Positions 1 through 12,173 of a stretch of DNA of 64,000 nt are shown here, piece by piece. The stretch comes from Octopus bimaculoides. Taxonomy: Eukaryota. How positions within the stretch are numbered: position 1 is the stretch's first letter; each line of letters opens with the position of its first letter. A program made the translations under genes and the position numbers. The DNA is taken from assembly GCF_001194135.2 (NCBI RefSeq), contig NC_068981.1, forward strand, positions 190,849,555 through 190,913,554, in the 5' to 3' direction. Under the pieces are notes generated by a model. It made no database searches. It worked only from the letters and a program-made list of their open reading frames with translations, and had not been told where the DNA came from.

Positions 1-354
1 GAGGTTCGTAAGCAACCTACTTACCACACAGCCACTTGCTCAATAAAACATTAAGTTAGAAGTATGTAGAATGTTTAAACGTGTGGTGATAATTTAGATA
101 ATTACATCATGTCCAAAGGTAGTTATTGCTAGTCAACCACTCTTACCATCCTGAGAAAGGCTCATTGATAAGTATGGTTGACCCCACACACACATATACA
201 CATGCATATGCGCACACACACACACATCTTTTCATAAGTCATAAAGAGCTATTGTATAATTTATTGTTAATTCTTCAAACCTTCTCAATCTTACATGGTT
301 AAGAAGTTCACTTCACAATTCCAGTGTTTTGGGTTCAATATCACCGTGCAGCTC

Positions 355-764
355 TCAAAGCCAGGGAGCACAATTTGGTAAGCAGCAAATGTATGGAAAA
401 CCATCAGGGGAAACCACCTGTGTTCTTGGGTATTGGAATTAATCTGTTACCTGGATTAACACTGCCACCAACACCTGGTCCTTCAGGTACTTTACTGTAA
501 TCTCTTTCAAGCATTCATGTGAGGTCTCCAGTCTGGGGATAACATGATTCCACCAGCCTCAGAACCTTTGCAAAGAATCATGGGTACTGTTCCTCTTCCT
601 CTGAATTAGCCATTAAAAATGAAGAAATCCAAGAGCAACAAACCATGTGATTATGAGAGCAGATATGTAATTTAGTAGACATCATATTACATGGTTGAGT
701 AACCTCACAGATAGCATTAAATGAAATGATGCAGACTCACTTGTAACCTTTCAATCTGAGGTAA

Positions 765-850
<86 letters not shown>
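355..850 (+). mobile_element. Probable non-LTR retrotransposon 3' end with a long (TAA)n tail (clade uncertain, possibly HERO-like)
   Basis: Non-repetitive segment ending ...GAGGTAAAATAATAAT then a pure (TAA)n tract at about 764-850. Degenerate frame PGSTIW*AANVW near 360-400 faintly resembles REL-clade C-termini. Confidence 0.4.
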
Positions 851-851
<1 letters not shown>

Positions 852-1499
852 GTACATCCTACTTTTGGTTTTTGGTTATTAAATAGATTATGTCTTCCTT
901 AACAGCTTTCTACAACAAATGTCTGAGATATTTATTAATACATTATCTCACCATAATTACTGCTTTAAAATGTAACTCTATCCATTAAATCTTCATTAAT
1001 ACCCCCACCCACACCCCATCCTTTTATTGCTCCCCTATTCAATAGTACATATGTTATTCTCAACTATGACCTATATCAATGTTATGACCTGTAGTAGTAG
1101 TAGTAGTAGTAGTAGTGGAGAATTAATCATTTTCATATCCTCTCTATTTATTCTCATTACTTGATAGGCTACGGTCCTCACTGTTTATTCGGCTACAATA
1201 CAAAACTCGATTAGAATTTGTTTACTCTTGAAACCTTTTTTCTATTTTGAATAGAATATTAAAAGAATGGTATTACATCCTAAAACAAAAAAAAAATTCA
1301 CAAACAAAAAAAACAATTCACAAACAAACAAAAAAACATTAAAATATAAATATAAACATATTAATTACTTATCAACTTTTATTTTTGTGTTTTATTTTTT
1401 TGCTTCAGCCATTGGAGTGAGGCCATCATTTTGCCACACTTCTAAGTTACGAGGGATGTAAACAAACCAACACAGGTAGCCAAGTGGTGGAAGAACAAA

Positions 1500-1730
1500 G
1501 ACAAAATCACAGATACACATGTCATCCTCACCATTTTCCAGTGGACATGTGTGTATGTATATACATAAACATACACATACACAATAGGCCTCTACCACCT
1601 CCACTCAAGAGTCTGAGATTGGCCCATGGCTATAGTAGAAAATATTTACCCAAGGTACTGTCCAGTGGGACTGAACCCAAAACCATCATGTGGTTGTAAA
1701 GCAAAATTCTTAACTGCACTACCATGCCTG
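1500..1730 (-). mobile_element. SINE family A, partial (tRNA-like head and core)
   Basis: Reverse complement of the head motif (CCCAAGGTACTGTCCAGTGGGACTGAACCCAAAACCATCATGTGG). Confidence 0.75.
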
Positions 1731-1734
1731 TGAC

Positions 1735-2085
1735 TTTGGAAAAGCCAGAGCCATCTGACTGGCACCTGTGCAGGTGGCACATAACAAGCATCATTCAAGT
1801 ATTGGGTCCCATGGAGGGAGTGACAGGTGACCAAGACCTTTAGTGATACACTGTGCTTATGAAGACCTGTCAAGCCAAGTGAGATCATAGTCATGGCTGA
1901 TGCTAGTGTCATGTCAATGGCACCTGTGCCACTATACGCTTGAGGTAGTTGGTATTAGGAAGGGCACCCAGCTGTAGGAACCATGCCAAAGCAGATTGGA
2001 ACATGGTGCAGCTCCCCAGCTTACCAGTTTTCAAACAAACCATCCAACACATGCCAACATGGAAAGCGGATGTTAAATGATGACT
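1735..2085 (+). mobile_element. RTE-tail SINE or RTE 3' fragment
   Basis: AGGAAGGGCACCCAGCTGTAG...ACATGCCAACATGGAAAGCGGATGTTAAATGATGA, the same tail as the RTE LINE at 32381-32617. Confidence 0.7.
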
Positions 2086-2498
2086 CAAATCTCATCTGAT
2101 TCCCTCTTGTATTTGATTTTTTTTTTTTTTTTACCTTTTGAGGGGTATATTTTTAAGATCCCTTTTTCTTTTTTTTCTTTTTTACTTATTCCTTTAGAGA
2201 TTCAACAGCCCTTCAAAGAAATGTCAATAGATTTGTATAAATGAAATACATGCAAAATAAGTCAATTACAATTTTAGAAAATTCAAAAATTTCTCTGAAC
2301 AATATGCAGTATTCAGTTTTCTCAAGTTATTACTTGGGTTTTAAGAGTAATCATTAAAAGTAGTTATTAAAATCTATTTTTAACCTTTTTGTTATTATAT
2401 CTCTGTCGAAAATACACTGCCTTAGTTTCATTAAATCTTGAAATAATGATAAACTTAGTAAAATATATCATTTTTCAGCTAGTGTGTTAAACATAAAT

Positions 2499-3013
2499 TG
2501 GTTTCAAATTTTGGCACAAGGCCAGCAATTTCAGGGGTGGGGATAAGTCAATTACATCAACCCCAATGCTCAATTGCTATTTATTTTGTTGACCCTAAAA
2601 GGCAAAGTTGACCTCAGTGGAATTTGAACTCATACCAAACAAAATGCTGCAAAACATTTTGCCTGGATTACTCTTTACTTGTTTCAGTCATTTGACTGTG
2701 GCAATGCTGGAGCACTGCCTTTAATCGAGCAAATCGACCCCAGGACTTATTCTTTGTAAGCCTAGTACTTATTCTATCGGTCTCTTTTGCCGAACCGCTA
2801 AGTTACGGGGGACTTAAACACACCAGCATCAGTTGTCATGCGATGTTGGGGGGACTATAGTAGAAGACTATAGTAGGCTATAGTAGAAGACACTTGCCCA
2901 AGGTGCCACGCAGTGTGATTGAACCCAGAACCATGTGGTTTGTAAGCAAGCTACTTACCACACAGCCACTTCTACGCCTAACGATTGCTAACGATTCTGT
3001 CAGCTTGCCACCT
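2499..3013 (-). mobile_element. SINE family C interrupted by a family A copy
   Basis: GGTTTCAAATTTTGGCACAAGGCCAGC...GGCAAAGTTGACCTCAGTGGAATTTGAACTC; resumes after 2975 with GCTAACGATTCTGTCAGCTTGCCACC. Confidence 0.65.
2668..2975 (-). mobile_element. SINE family A with an internal deletion
   Basis: Tail CTCTTTACTTGTTTCAGTCATTTGACTG through head CTACTTACCACACAGCCACT; the central microsatellite region is missing. Confidence 0.85.
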
Positions 3014-3014
3014 T

Positions 3015-3367
3015 GTTGGTGTTTCAAACATAAATTAACATGATATTTGGATGCAAGTCCTTAATTTAAAGCACTTCAAAATAGAAAATTTGTATCATAG
3101 ATACAAGGGCAGTTCCAGGCTGGTCAGTATCAAGAAATGTTAACACTTTTGACACCATATTTTTATTCAAATAACCTGCTTTTGTCTCAGTTTTCAAAAT
3201 AACAACAGATTCAGTAAAACAACTTTGTCCTTAATTAAGCTGGCATTTCGATCATAAATTAACAAGAAATTTTGATGGAAGATTTTAATTTTAGAGCGCT
3301 TCAAAGCAAGAAAATTGTATCATAAAACAAGGGGTGGTCTCAAGCAGATTCATATCAAAAGGGTTAA
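3015..3367. mobile_element. piggyBac-like MITE (3140-3367) preceded by a partial copy sharing the TTAA at 3140-3143
   Basis: TTAA-CACTTTTGACACC ... CATATCAAAAGGG-TTAA; same family as 9038-9253 and 47484-47712. Confidence 0.6.
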
Positions 3368-3584
3368 GGTTTTTTGCAGTTCCTTTAATGTGAAGTGTTG
3401 AATCTAGAATACTCAAATTCCATACATTGATTTTTCGGTGACATTTACTCTCTTTATTAAAAAAAAAATGTTATCTGTATTAAGTAAAAAGAAAAAGAAG
3501 AAAAAAGACAATGTCATTATTTGATTATTCAAAAACAAAAGAACATCGATTGGCATTTAATCATGGATAAGATGATTTGAACTG

Positions 3585-3945
3585 AGAAAGGATTGTGTGG
3601 TAAGAAGTTTGCTTCCTAACCACATGGTTCTGGGTTCAGTTTTGCTGCATGGCACCTTGAGCAGACTAAAACCTTTTGAGTAGATTTGGTAGATGGAAAC
3701 TGAAAGAAGCCCATCATGTGTGTGTGTGCGTGTATTTTTCCCCCGCCACAGCTTGAGAAATGGTCTTAGTGTGTTTACGTCCCCACAACTTAACAGTTTG
3801 GCTAAAGGAGTCAACAGAATAAGTGCCAGTAACAATAATTACTGGTATCAATTTATTCAAATAAAAATTCTTCATGGAGGTGCTCCAGCATGGCCGCAGT
3901 CAAATGACTGAAGCAAGTAAAAGACTGAAGCAAATAAAAGATAAC
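3585..3945 (+). mobile_element. SINE family A
   Basis: Head GGATTGTGTGGTAAGAAGTTTGCTTCCTAACCACATGGTTCTGGGTTCAG; tail GGTGCTCCAGCATGGCCGCAGTCAAATGACTGAAGCAAGTAAAAG. Confidence 0.8.
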
Positions 3946-4115
3946 ACATTGTTAGTCAAAGGTTTTCCATGGGTTGTTTGTTGGTTTACTGCCATTTCTG
4001 ACGGTGAATATCACAGGAGACTTTGTTCCAAAAGCTGACTTTTTTTGCTTTCTTTTCTCTTTTTTGTTAAACCTTGCAATGACTGCATTCATTTCTGATG
4101 CATATATGTGTAAAA

Positions 4116-4157
<42 letters not shown>

Positions 4158-4247
4158 CACATCCATTCATTTTATTAGAAGATGAAGCTTCTGGAGTCAT
4201 AGCACAGAGTTTTAAATGATCGAGGTAGGGAAGTAATGTGACAATAT

Positions 4248-4654
4248 CTCTTTTACTCTTTTACTTGTTTCAGTAATTTGACTGCGGCCATGCTGGAGCA
4301 CCGCCTTTAGTCTAGCAAATCGACCCCCAGGACGTATTCTTTGTAAGCCTAGTACTTATTCTATCGGTCTCTTTAGCCGAACCGCTAAGTTACGGGTACA
4401 TAAACACACCAGCATCGGTTGTCAAGCGATGTTGGGGGGACAAACACAGACACACAAACATAAACACACACACACACACATACATATATACGACGGCTTC
4501 TTTCAGTTTCCGTCTAGCAAATCCACTCACAAGGTTTTGGTCAACCTGAGGCTATAGTAGAAGACACTTGCCCAAGGTGCCACGCAGTGGGACTGAACCC
4601 GGAACCATGTGGTTGGTAAGCAAGCTAGTTACCACACAGCCACTCCTGCGCCTA
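4248..4654 (-). mobile_element. SINE family A, full length and well preserved
   Basis: Complete head (A-box-like TGGCTGTGTGG, B-box-like GGTTCAGTCCC), GGCACCTTGGGCAAGTG core, central (GT)n and tail; CpGs retained. Confidence 0.9.
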
Positions 4655-5402
4655 TGTAAACAAATATCTATGAACACATTGACATATTATTGACTATTGA
4701 AATTTGATCGGATACTGAATAAAAAGAACAAATAGTATGTGCCGCACAAAAATTGTCACTCGCAATAGAAATATGTTCTATGTTCAATTAAATTAAACCC
4801 GACCCTACACGGTTGACAAGCAATCTCTTCGACCACAAAGACATGCCTGTTCCTATGTTCACAGGATATCATTGAAAAAGTGAGTAAAACAGCAAACAAC
4901 TTGGTACAGTATTTCACTTTATTATTAACGTTAGATGAAATAATATATTGCAGTTATGTCTCTGTGATAATTTATCTATTGGTTACTGCTGTCAGGCAGC
5001 TACTGTTTATCGATTGGTTACTACTACTGTCAGGCAGCCACAGTGATAGAGTGAAATGACATGTACTTTACAGCTTCCCATTTATCTTTCTCCCTATGTT
5101 TTTACGGCTTCTTGCTTAATTAGGAAATTTTTTGGTTACCAAGTTATTGAAAAAACAACACAACTAATATAAATGTCTGCCATAGTCATGTTTGGAATCT
5201 ACTGTTGAGGGTCTCTTTAGTTGCTAGGATGGGTGTATGTGGTGAGGAATTTCACTCTGTAATCATGTGGTTCTGAGTTCAGTCCTGTGGTGCAGAACCT
5301 TGTGTAGGTGTCTTTAACCATAGCCTTGGATTGGCTAAACTTTGTAAGAGGAATTTAATGGATAGAATCTATATGGAAGTTCATTGTGTGTTTTTATTTG
5401 CT

Positions 5403-5512
<110 letters not shown>

Positions 5513-5601
5513 CATCTAAGAGGGATATGAAATACAGGATACCAATCTATGATGTTAAAATATAATACTGAAATATATTTTATATTACAATACATTCAAT
5601 A

Positions 5602-5998
5602 AGGTGGCTGCGTGGTAACGTGCTTACTTCCCAATCACATAGTTCCAAGTTCAGTCCCACTGCATGGCACTTTGAACAGACGTCTTCTGCTATAGCTCCA
5701 GGTCAATCAAAGTCTTGTGAGTGGATTTGGCAGATGGAAACTTAAAGAAGCCCATCGTATATATATTTATCTATGTGTATGTGTCTTTGTGTCTGTATTT
5801 TCCCCACCACCACCACTACCTGACAACCAGTGTTGGTCTGTTTACATCCCTGTAACTTAGCAGTTCTAGAAAAGAGATCGATAGAGTGCCAGGATTAAAA
5901 AAAACACTGTGATTAATTCCTTTAATTAAAAGTTCTTCGAGGCAAAGTTCCAGCATGGCCACAGTTTAATGACTGAAAACAAGTAAAAGATAAAAGAT
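5602..5998 (+). mobile_element. SINE family A
   Basis: Head GGTGGCTGCGTGGTAAC; tail TTCCAGCATGGCCACAGTTTAATGACTGAAAACAAGTAAAAG. Confidence 0.8.
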
Positions 5999-6447
5999 GA
6001 TTAATTATTTTTTTAAATCTTGTGTATCCCAATTTGTAAATAGATATGCAGTGGACCAATAACTGGTTCATGCAATTCTGACATTGAGAGAAACAAGGGA
6101 GCTTCTGTATAACTTGGTGCAGAACAAATATCAACAGGGAGACTTTTTCTTTTCAACAATCCCTCTTTAATATTTTTGACCCACTGAATATCATTCGTTC
6201 ACAAATTGTGAGCTAAAATTGATTTAAGATTAAAGATAAAAAATATTAAATTTGTCTTTGACATACGTAGTTGGCACAGTCACTTGTGAACTACATTAGA
6301 AGTATTCTGATATCAAAGTTATTTTAATAATATATATTAGCACAATGCAAGAGTGTCCCATATTTCTAAGTTCAAATTTCACTAGAGTCAATATTGTCAT
6401 TCATTTTTTTGAAAGAATCAGAGTAAAAATCAACTGTCCCACTACAT

Positions 6448-7005
6448 TTGAACTGAATTCACCAGCTACGCTTACAAAAATATACTAGTTTTACTAAAGA
6501 TGAGCTGAGCTCACTGGCCATTCTAATAGTAGTTTAAAATTTTGGAACAAGATCAGCAATTTTGGGGCAAGGGGGTAAGTCGATTACATGACCCTAGTAC
6601 TCAACTGGTACTTATTTTATTGAACCCAAAAAGGTGAAAGGCAAAGTCAACCTTGGTGGAATTTGAACTCTGAACATAAAGATGGACAAAATACCGCTAA
6701 GCATTTTGCCCCACATGCTAACAATTCTGCCAGCTCGTCACCTTACTAGATTTAGTAAAAGTTGAGCTGAGTTGATTGGTCATTGTAATAAAGTATTATT
6801 AGAGCTGAGCTGAGATCACTAATCATACTTATAAAAAAGATCAAAGCAGTTTTTACTTCAGTTGAGCAGAGATAAGGAGCTATGCTTATACAAAAAAAAA
6901 AAATGTTTTACCAGAGTTATAGTTATAAATAAATAAAAAAATCTTTACTGTAGTTGAGCTGAGATCACTAGCTATACTTATTTAAAAGGTAAAATAGTTT
7001 TACTA
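6448..7005. repeat. Degenerate minisatellite (about 55 bp unit) interrupted by a SINE
   Basis: Recurrent (GTT)GAGCTGAGATCACTAGCTATACTTATA..AGTTTTACT variants at about 6448, 6501, 6761, 6806, 6861 and 6953. Confidence 0.7.
6530..6745 (-). mobile_element. SINE family C
   Basis: GAAAGGCAAAGTCAACCTTGGTGGAATTTGAACTC...GCTAACAATTCTGCCAGCTCGTCACCTT. Confidence 0.85.
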
Positions 7006-8266
7006 ACTTCCCTGGCCATACATACATATCACTGTCAAACAATATTCTATGTAGTTGCTCAACTGACTAGAAATTGTCTGCTCTTGCTCAAATCACATTC
7101 CATGATCTTATAAAGTGATAAGGACATATTAAATGATTTAGCATTGTAAAAAGCTGGAAAGGTTAAAGTTTTGACTTTGGGTTAGATAACCAACCATTAT
7201 GACTCTGGTTCTTTGGTGCATTTTGCAGAGTTTACTTTATTGCATGCATTGAGACTAGGTTGAAGTGTTAACTACATCTGTCTCATTGGTCCAGATGTGG
7301 GTGACTTAAAAGTTGTGCATTGCCCCTTCACCTTTTCACTGACTAAGAAAGATAAAATGACCAAAAAAGAACATTAGTTTTGGCCATTGTCAATAAGATC
7401 TCATTATTTACGCTTTATTAACTAATTGTTATGCCAATAGTTTGTTGAATTGATTTGTAAAAGTCTCCAATCACTGACTGTTCCTATCTATAACCACCCT
7501 AAATCACTCTTGATCAATATTCTTGTTTAGTTAACCTTTATATTAAGTGCCTTCGTTCTTGAGCCATTTCAGAAGATATCTGTCCCCCACCCTCACACAC
7601 CACAACCGTTCTTCTCACTGATCTTTTTTAAGCTAGACATCTAATTTAAGTGCTTACTCATCCATCATTAATTAACTTACAGTTCATTAAATTAAAGCTT
7701 GGAAATCACTTTTATTTTATTTGTTATATATAGATGCAGGCATAGCCGAGTGGTTAAAAAGTTTGCTTTGCAGCCCCGAGGTTTCGAGTTCAGTTACAAT
7801 TCATAGCATCTTAGATAAGTGTCTTCTATTATAGTCCTGGGCTGATAAAAGCTCTATGAGTGAATTTGTTAAACAGAAACTGAAAAAGAAGCCCATCATC
7901 TGTGTGTATGTCTCATTGACGACAATTAATATGTTATGTCAAGGCAGACATGACTGTTGTACAAATGGTATTGTTTCTTTGCAGTCATCCATGAGAAATT
8001 ATCCAGACAAAAGGAAAATGTCAACTAGTTTGAGGGGAGGGATGGCAACAGAATGTATATGTGGCAAAAGAAAATGTTCCTCAATGGATTTTATCAGCCC
8101 CAAGCAAACATAGAAAAGTAGGTTAAAATGGCAACAATGATGATGATAATGAAGGTTGTGATGATGATAATCGTAATAATGATGATGATGTTGATGATGA
8201 GTGTTAGCCATTGATTTTTTAAAAAATGAGATATAATATTCAATCAGCTTGAACAGTATCAATAAG

Positions 8267-8426
8267 AGCAGGTGTGACTGTCCGGTAAGAAGTTTGCTTC
8301 CCAACTAGATGGTTCCAGGTTCAGTCCCACTGTACAACACCTTGGGTAAGTTTTTTCTACTCTAGCCTCAGGCCAACCAAAGCCTTGTGAGTGGATTTGG
8401 CAGATGGAAACTGAAAGAAGCCCATC

Positions 8427-8461
<35 letters not shown>

Positions 8462-8676
8462 ATTGTGTCTGTGTTTGTCGTCCACGCCACTAGTTGACAA
8501 CCAGTGTTGGTGTGTTTGCATCCCCACAACTTTGTTGTTTGGCATGAGACTGATAGAATAAGGGCCAGACTTTAGAAGAAAAATACTGAGGTTGATTCGG
8601 TTGATTAAAAAATTCTTCAAGGCTGTGCCCCAGCATGGCCACAATCTAATGATTGAAACAAGTAGAAGATAAAAGA
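8267..8676 (+). mobile_element. SINE family A, full length
   Basis: Head, core, (GT)n and CCCCAGCATGGCCACAATCTAATGATTGAAACAAGTAG tail. Confidence 0.88.
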
Positions 8677-8689
8677 TGGTTACTAATAG

Positions 8690-8926
8690 CTTTCTTATTT
8701 CTTTATTGCCCACAAGGGGCTAAACAGAGGGAACAAACAAGGACAAACAAAGGAATTAAGTCAATTACATTGACACCAGTGCGTAACTGGTACTTAATTT
8801 ATCGACCCCGAAAGGATGAAAGGCAAAGTCGACCTTAGCGGAATTTGAACTCAGAACGTAAAAAAAGAGGAAATACCTTGAAGCATTTCACCTGGCATAC
8901 TAATGTTTCTGCCAGCTCGCCGCCTT
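8690..8926 (-). mobile_element. SINE family C monomer
   Basis: TTTCTTATTTCTTTATTGCCCACAAGGGGC...GAAAGGATGAAAGGCAAAGTCGACCTTAGCGG...GCCAGCTCGCCGCCTT. Confidence 0.88.
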
Positions 8927-9037
8927 ATACTAATAGTTTCTGGTGTGAAATAGTCTTAGATCGTGAAGAAGAAAGAGTCTGTCGTTTATGATAGATTCCA
9001 TATTTGCAAAGATTATGATTAGCAAATGCTTGAATGG

Positions 9038-9253
9038 TTAGCCTTTTGTTTTCCATATTTCTGTTTTTATTTCAATTAATTTTGAAAATAATGTCAAACT
9101 TCATAAAATACTTTGTTATTATTAAACTAGTGTTTCAAACATAAATTAACATGAAATGTTAAAGGAATGTTTTAAAGTAGAACTGGAAGTTTTGTTTTTT
9201 TTTAATCATAGAACCAGAGACAATCATAGTTGGGTCAGCACCAGAAGGGTTAA
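9038..9253. mobile_element. piggyBac-like MITE, degenerate
   Basis: TTAGCCTTTTG ... AGAAGGGTTAA; body matches 3140-3367. Confidence 0.55.
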
Positions 9254-9599
9254 AACATATAAAAAGTGTAAGTGAGGATGGTGTCTGTTTTGATTTCGTT
9301 GAGTTTTCAAATTTCCAAAATATGTTCTACCTTAGAAGCAAAAGTCTGACAAAAATTCTATATTTTAGCAGATTTCATGTTTTCTATCTGTCTCTTCTAA
9401 TCATATCTAATTTATATCAATAGTATATGTGGACACATGCATAAAAATAAACCTTGTAATTAGCATATGCTAATTTCACTGGAATCTAAATTCATGTTTG
9501 GCACTCAGAAACCAAATTCTTCGATTCAGTATTTTAATTCCCTGTCACATATGATAAAAATGAAATTGCCATTGTTCTCCCACTTCACCAGTTTGAGGT

Positions 9600-10047
9600 A
9601 CATTATTATTATCATTATTCAGTAGTAGTATTTTTATCATGTGCTTTCACTGCACAACCGAGCGCAGCTCTGTGCATCTTGGGTATGTGCTGTGGTTTGC
9701 TGTGATGCTCTTATGGTTACTGTATTGAAAGTGTTTTACGTTGGATGTATGCAGTGTCTAGTAGTGTTATTTTCTGTATGTTATATATACTTGTTAGTCC
9801 TGGTGTTTTTGTTATGTATTTGTCTGAATGTTTATTTATCATACCTAATGCACCTACTATAATAGGAATTGTTTCTAGTTTTAGATTCCACATTCAAGTT
9901 ACCTCTATTTCCAGATCTTTCTATTTTGAAAGTTTCTCCATTTCTTTTAGAGAAACATTGTTATCTGTTGGTATTGATATCATTATTAGAAGGCATTTTT
10001 TTTTTATGATCTCTGACAACTATATCCAGCCTGTTGGCCTATTATTA
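9600..10047 (-). mobile_element. R4/Dong-clade LINE 3' fragment (REL endonuclease C-terminus plus 3' UTR)
   Basis: Minus translation of 10038-9717: ANRLDIVVRDH..(frameshift)..SIPTDNNVSLKEMEKLSK*KDLEIEVT*MWNLKLETIPIIVGALG...IQKITLLDTAYIQRKTLSIQ*; bounded by TAA-like tracts. Confidence 0.88.
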
Positions 10048-10379
10048 TTATTATTAATATCTTTATTATTATTATTTTATGTTTGACTTTTGCTTTGCAT
10101 TTGTACAAGTTGGCTCCAAGTCTCACTCAGAGACCTCAAGAGACAACAAGTTAGAAGTTCATGTTGGTGTTATGCCTAGGGTGTCATATATTTGGATTTG
10201 TACATAGTATTGTTCTAGAGAATGTTTAAGAAAACATAAGAAAATTATGTTTGTTTTAAAGTTTGAGATTACATAGTCAGTACTTTACATAGGATATGGT
10301 CAGTTCCCATGAGCACTACTTTTTGAATTTCTGCCATTTTGGGGTTTCCTGCTATCTGAGCTAGGTAGCAATCAGCCAC

Positions 10380-10380
<1 letters not shown>
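10048..10380 (-). mobile_element. Second R4/Dong-like LINE 3' fragment (different subfamily)
   Basis: Minus translation VADCYLAQIAGNPKMAEIQKVVLMGTDHILCKVLTM*, then a UTR and (TAA)n tail at about 10048-10080; (TAA)n upstream at 10381-10412. Confidence 0.78.
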
Positions 10381-10412
<32 letters not shown>

Positions 10413-10414
<2 letters not shown>

Positions 10415-10645
10415 GTCAAGACGAAGAGTGCGATTTTAGATGNNNNNNNNNNNNNNNNNNNNNNNNNNNNNNNNNNNNNNNNNNNNNNNNNNNNNNNNNN
10501 NNNNNNNNNNNNNNNNNNNNNNNNNNNNNNNNNNNNNNNNNNNNNNNNNNNNNNNCCTTTTGGTTTGAACTTGAGAAAGACAGACGTTCTGTCGAAATAT
10601 TGTTAAAAAAATAAACATCTAAAATCGCACTCTTCGTCTTGACTA
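10413..10645. repeat. Exact 30 bp inverted repeat around a gap, with a hammerhead-like PLE terminal motif
   Basis: 10413-10442 TAGTCAAGACGAAGAGTGCGATTTTAGATG is the reverse complement of 10616-10645; CTTGAGAAA-GACAGA-CGT-TCTGTC-GAAA at 10570-10597. Confidence 0.6.
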
Positions 10646-10699
10646 TTTACCTTCGTGAAGAGTTACGTCAATCCTTTTTTTAAAATTTTATTATTATTA

Positions 10700-10776
<77 letters not shown>

Positions 10777-10778
<2 letters not shown>

Positions 10779-10990
10779 AGCAGTGAGCTGACAGAATTGT
10801 CAGCAGGCCAAGTGAAATGCTTTCTGCATTTTGCCTGTCTTTACATTCTGAGTTCAAATTCCAACTTTGCCTTTCATCCTTTCAGTGTCGATTAAATAAG
10901 TACCAGTGAAATTCTGGGGTCAATGTAATCGACTTCATCCCCTCCCCCAAACTTGAAGTCTTATGCTTCCAGTAGAAAGGATTATTATTT
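10777..10990 (+). mobile_element. SINE family C, flanked by (ATT)n
   Basis: CAAGCAGTGAGCTGACAG...ACTTTGCCTTTCATCCTTTC...AGTAGAAAGGATTATT; (ATT)n at 10688-10776 upstream. Confidence 0.8.
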
Positions 10991-11009
10991 TTTGTTGTTG
11001 TTATTATTA

Positions 11010-11047
<38 letters not shown>

Positions 11048-11049
11048 TT

Positions 11050-11235
11050 TGTTGTTGTTTAACCCTAGGTCAGCCCTGAACTGACAGACCTGTTGTCAAA
11101 GGTGTTTCGGTAGTGATCATCCTATCTTTCCAAAGTTACCTTGGAATACATTATCAAATGTGATCTTCCCTTAATGTCGGCTGCATCTAATATATGGAGG
11201 AGACTCGGCTGCTATATCTAGCAGATTGAGCCACT
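11050..11235 (-). mobile_element. Unclassified SINE-like family E with a (CAA)n tail
   Basis: Motif GCTAGAAATAGCAGCCAAATCTCCCTCAAATCAC recurs degenerately near 7060-7180, 12350-12530, 30085-30265, 40120-40250 and 45870-45975. Confidence 0.55.
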
Positions 11236-12103
11236 ATCCTAAATCACCATCATGACCCCCTACCACATTCTTATGTCCACTTATTGATGCTATCAGGGAT
11301 GCATAATGGGGGGGGCGTCATATCAGCATTATAGGACCCCAGCACATTACTGTTTGCTGACAGCAGGTTACAGCATAGACGGGTTAGCTGCAAGACCCTG
11401 AACCCATGTGGCCCTTGAGTACAATGTACCCATGCCTTGAGGTAGCACAGTTGTTTGGGACTTTTATCCCTTTTCTTCTTTTGCGGCCATGTTTTATGGT
11501 TGGATACCATTCCTTCTGTCAACCCTTTTCGTTACCTTTGATGTCATCCAGGGAGGCAGTACCATGCTGAGTCTAAAACTGGGAGACATTTTCAAGGCAT
11601 CAAAGAATGTAGGAATATAGGAATAATTCCACAGCATTTCTTCTGGTTTATTGAATTATTGTTGTTGTTGGTGTTGTTGAGCTGAAACAAACTTGTTGAA
11701 GCAGAATATTAAAGAAATGAAATTGACGGGAAACACGAGAAAAGGTAAAAGAAATAAAAGATATTCTTTTAGCCAAGATGACTGTTCTTTTAGAAATAAG
11801 CAGATTAGGAAACAAAATACTTACACACACATGCACACACACAAATACCAACATAAACACACATACACATGCAAATATATATACAAATGCGACAAGCATG
11901 CAAACAAGAACACCACACATATGCACTCATATACACTTGCTTAAACACACATACACACACATTCACAGGCACACACTCACGCACTCACACACACACACAA
12001 CATAACACTCACGTAGATATGCAGACACTCACGCACAGAATTTAAGTAAAATTATTTTTGTTATCAAATGCTGTTCACTCATAACATTCCTTCACTGCTG
12101 CTG

Positions 12104-12173
<70 letters not shown>
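12104..12173. repeat. (TAC)n microsatellite
   Basis: Pure trinucleotide run. Confidence 0.97.

Noticed and set aside
4978-5038. Short direct duplication ATTGGTTACT(ACTA)CTGTCAGGCAGC x2
   Set aside because: An ordinary small slippage duplication with no further structure.
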